DNA from: Octopus sinensis
Taxonomy: Eukaryota
Direction of reading: 5' to 3'
Length of the DNA: 64,000 nucleotides
NCBI RefSeq assembly: GCF_006345805.1
Contig: NC_043000.1
Span: 123,876,001 to 123,940,000 of the forward strand
Of the stretch, positions 62,781-64,000 are shown in pieces; positions within the stretch are counted from its first letter, which is position 1; the number at the start of each line of letters is the position of its first letter. Position numbers and translations under genes: made by a program. The notes beneath the pieces were generated by a model, which saw only the letters and a program-made list of their open reading frames with translations, was not told the origin of the DNA and made no database searches.

Positions 62781-63030
62781 ATCGTCATCATCATCATTTA
62801 ACGTCCGTTTTCCATGTTGGCATGGATTGGACAGTTTCACAGGAGCTGGAGAGCTGCCCGGGTTCCATGTCTATTTTGGCATGGTTCCTACGGCTGGATG
62901 CCCTTCCTAACGCCAATCATTTTACAGAGTGTACTGGGAGCTTTTACGCAGCACCGGCACCAATGCTTTTTATATGGCTCCGGCACCAATGCTTTTTATA
63001 TGGCACCGGCACCTATGCGCCCGCAAGATT
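62781..63030 (-). mobile_element. SINE-like retroposon with (GAT)n tail
   Basis: CATCATCATTTAACGTCCGTTTTCCATG...GGATGCCCTTCCTAACGCCAA; same family as 45050-45392. Confidence 0.75.
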
Positions 63031-63468
63031 AGGAACACTCAGCTGAAGAGAGATGTAGGGGACATGCTTGTATGCAAGGACGATCACGTATTTACTTAGC
63101 TTGATGTGTCTTCTCAAGCACAACAAACCACCAGAAGTCTCGGTCCCCTGTCATCTGAAGATCTTTTCTTACCAAAATGTTTTGTTGTGTCTTGGGAGGG
63201 TCAGCATGCAAATAATAAACACACGCTCTGGTGTGCTTCACTTCTTTTATTATTATTTTTAGTCGACTTGTTATATGTTTAACCAATTATATACTCGATT
63301 GCTTCATTAATCGTCGGATCAAGCAATCAACCAGTGTCTTTTCGTCGCCATTCGCCTCCTCATCAATAACATTCCCTCTCTGTTCCAGATCTGTCTGATA
63401 ATTTGCAAATTCTACAGTTATATTTATGAGGATATGAGTGAGAGAGAGAGAGAGAGAGAGAGAAAGAA

Positions 63469-63499
<31 letters not shown>

Positions 63500-63655
63500 C
63501 GTGCGCCAGTACGAGCGCGTGCTTGTATGGACATTCAAGTCCAATCACCAGATTTGGAGGGAAACGATGCGGATCAAATTACAATTTTATGCCTCTTTTC
63601 ATCTTTCATTCACATAACTGAATGGAATAAGGAAATTATATACCAACGTATATAT

Positions 63656-63745
<90 letters not shown>

Positions 63746-63751
63746 ATATGT

Positions 63752-63837
<86 letters not shown>

Positions 63838-64000
63838 GCACACAGGCGACACACATTCATGAAAACACACAGATGTATGTTTACTAACCTAACACACACA
63901 CTAATGTATATTTACTAACGTATAGGTCAATAATTATTTTCTTCTTCTGGTGGGATTTGGTTTATGTTCGCTGCAGTATCGACCAGTTTAATGCCAAGAT

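Overview
Eukaryotic, very repeat-rich genomic DNA with no prokaryotic features. Dense tRNA-derived SINEs, (TA)n/(CATA)n/(GAA)n microsatellites and multi-kb introns suggest a coleoid cephalopod, probably Octopus (inference). One protein-coding gene crosses the window on the minus strand. I reconstructed seven phase-compatible GT-AG exons by hand: 53306-52970, 51534-51505, 34745-34636, 27420-27359, 26155-25941, 23660-22992 and 11793-11545. They encode a type II membrane protein: cytoplasmic tail, TM helix, SEA domain, Ser/Thr/Asn-rich stalk and the first 7 Cys of a Frizzled CRD. This is a corin-like architecture; I did not find the 3' exons. The introns hold at least four tRNA-SINE types, a near-complete CR1-like LINE ORF2, RTE, R4/Dong-like and Penelope-like (PLE) remnants, mariner derivatives, MITEs (one Merlin-like with TTAGGG repeats) and a head-to-tail Helitron dimer. 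The most unusual signal is a short non-autonomous retroelement family (2452-2734, 21105-21487, 32477-32787, 52405-52488). It carries a minimal type I hammerhead ribozyme motif, one copy has a tRNA-like Pol III head, and three copies are diverging inverted composites, two of them with 14-16 bp target-site duplications. This looks like a SINE carrying a PLE-type tail. All coordinates were read by eye, and dispersed-repeat boundaries are approximate (about +/-10-20 nt). No database search or folding program was run.
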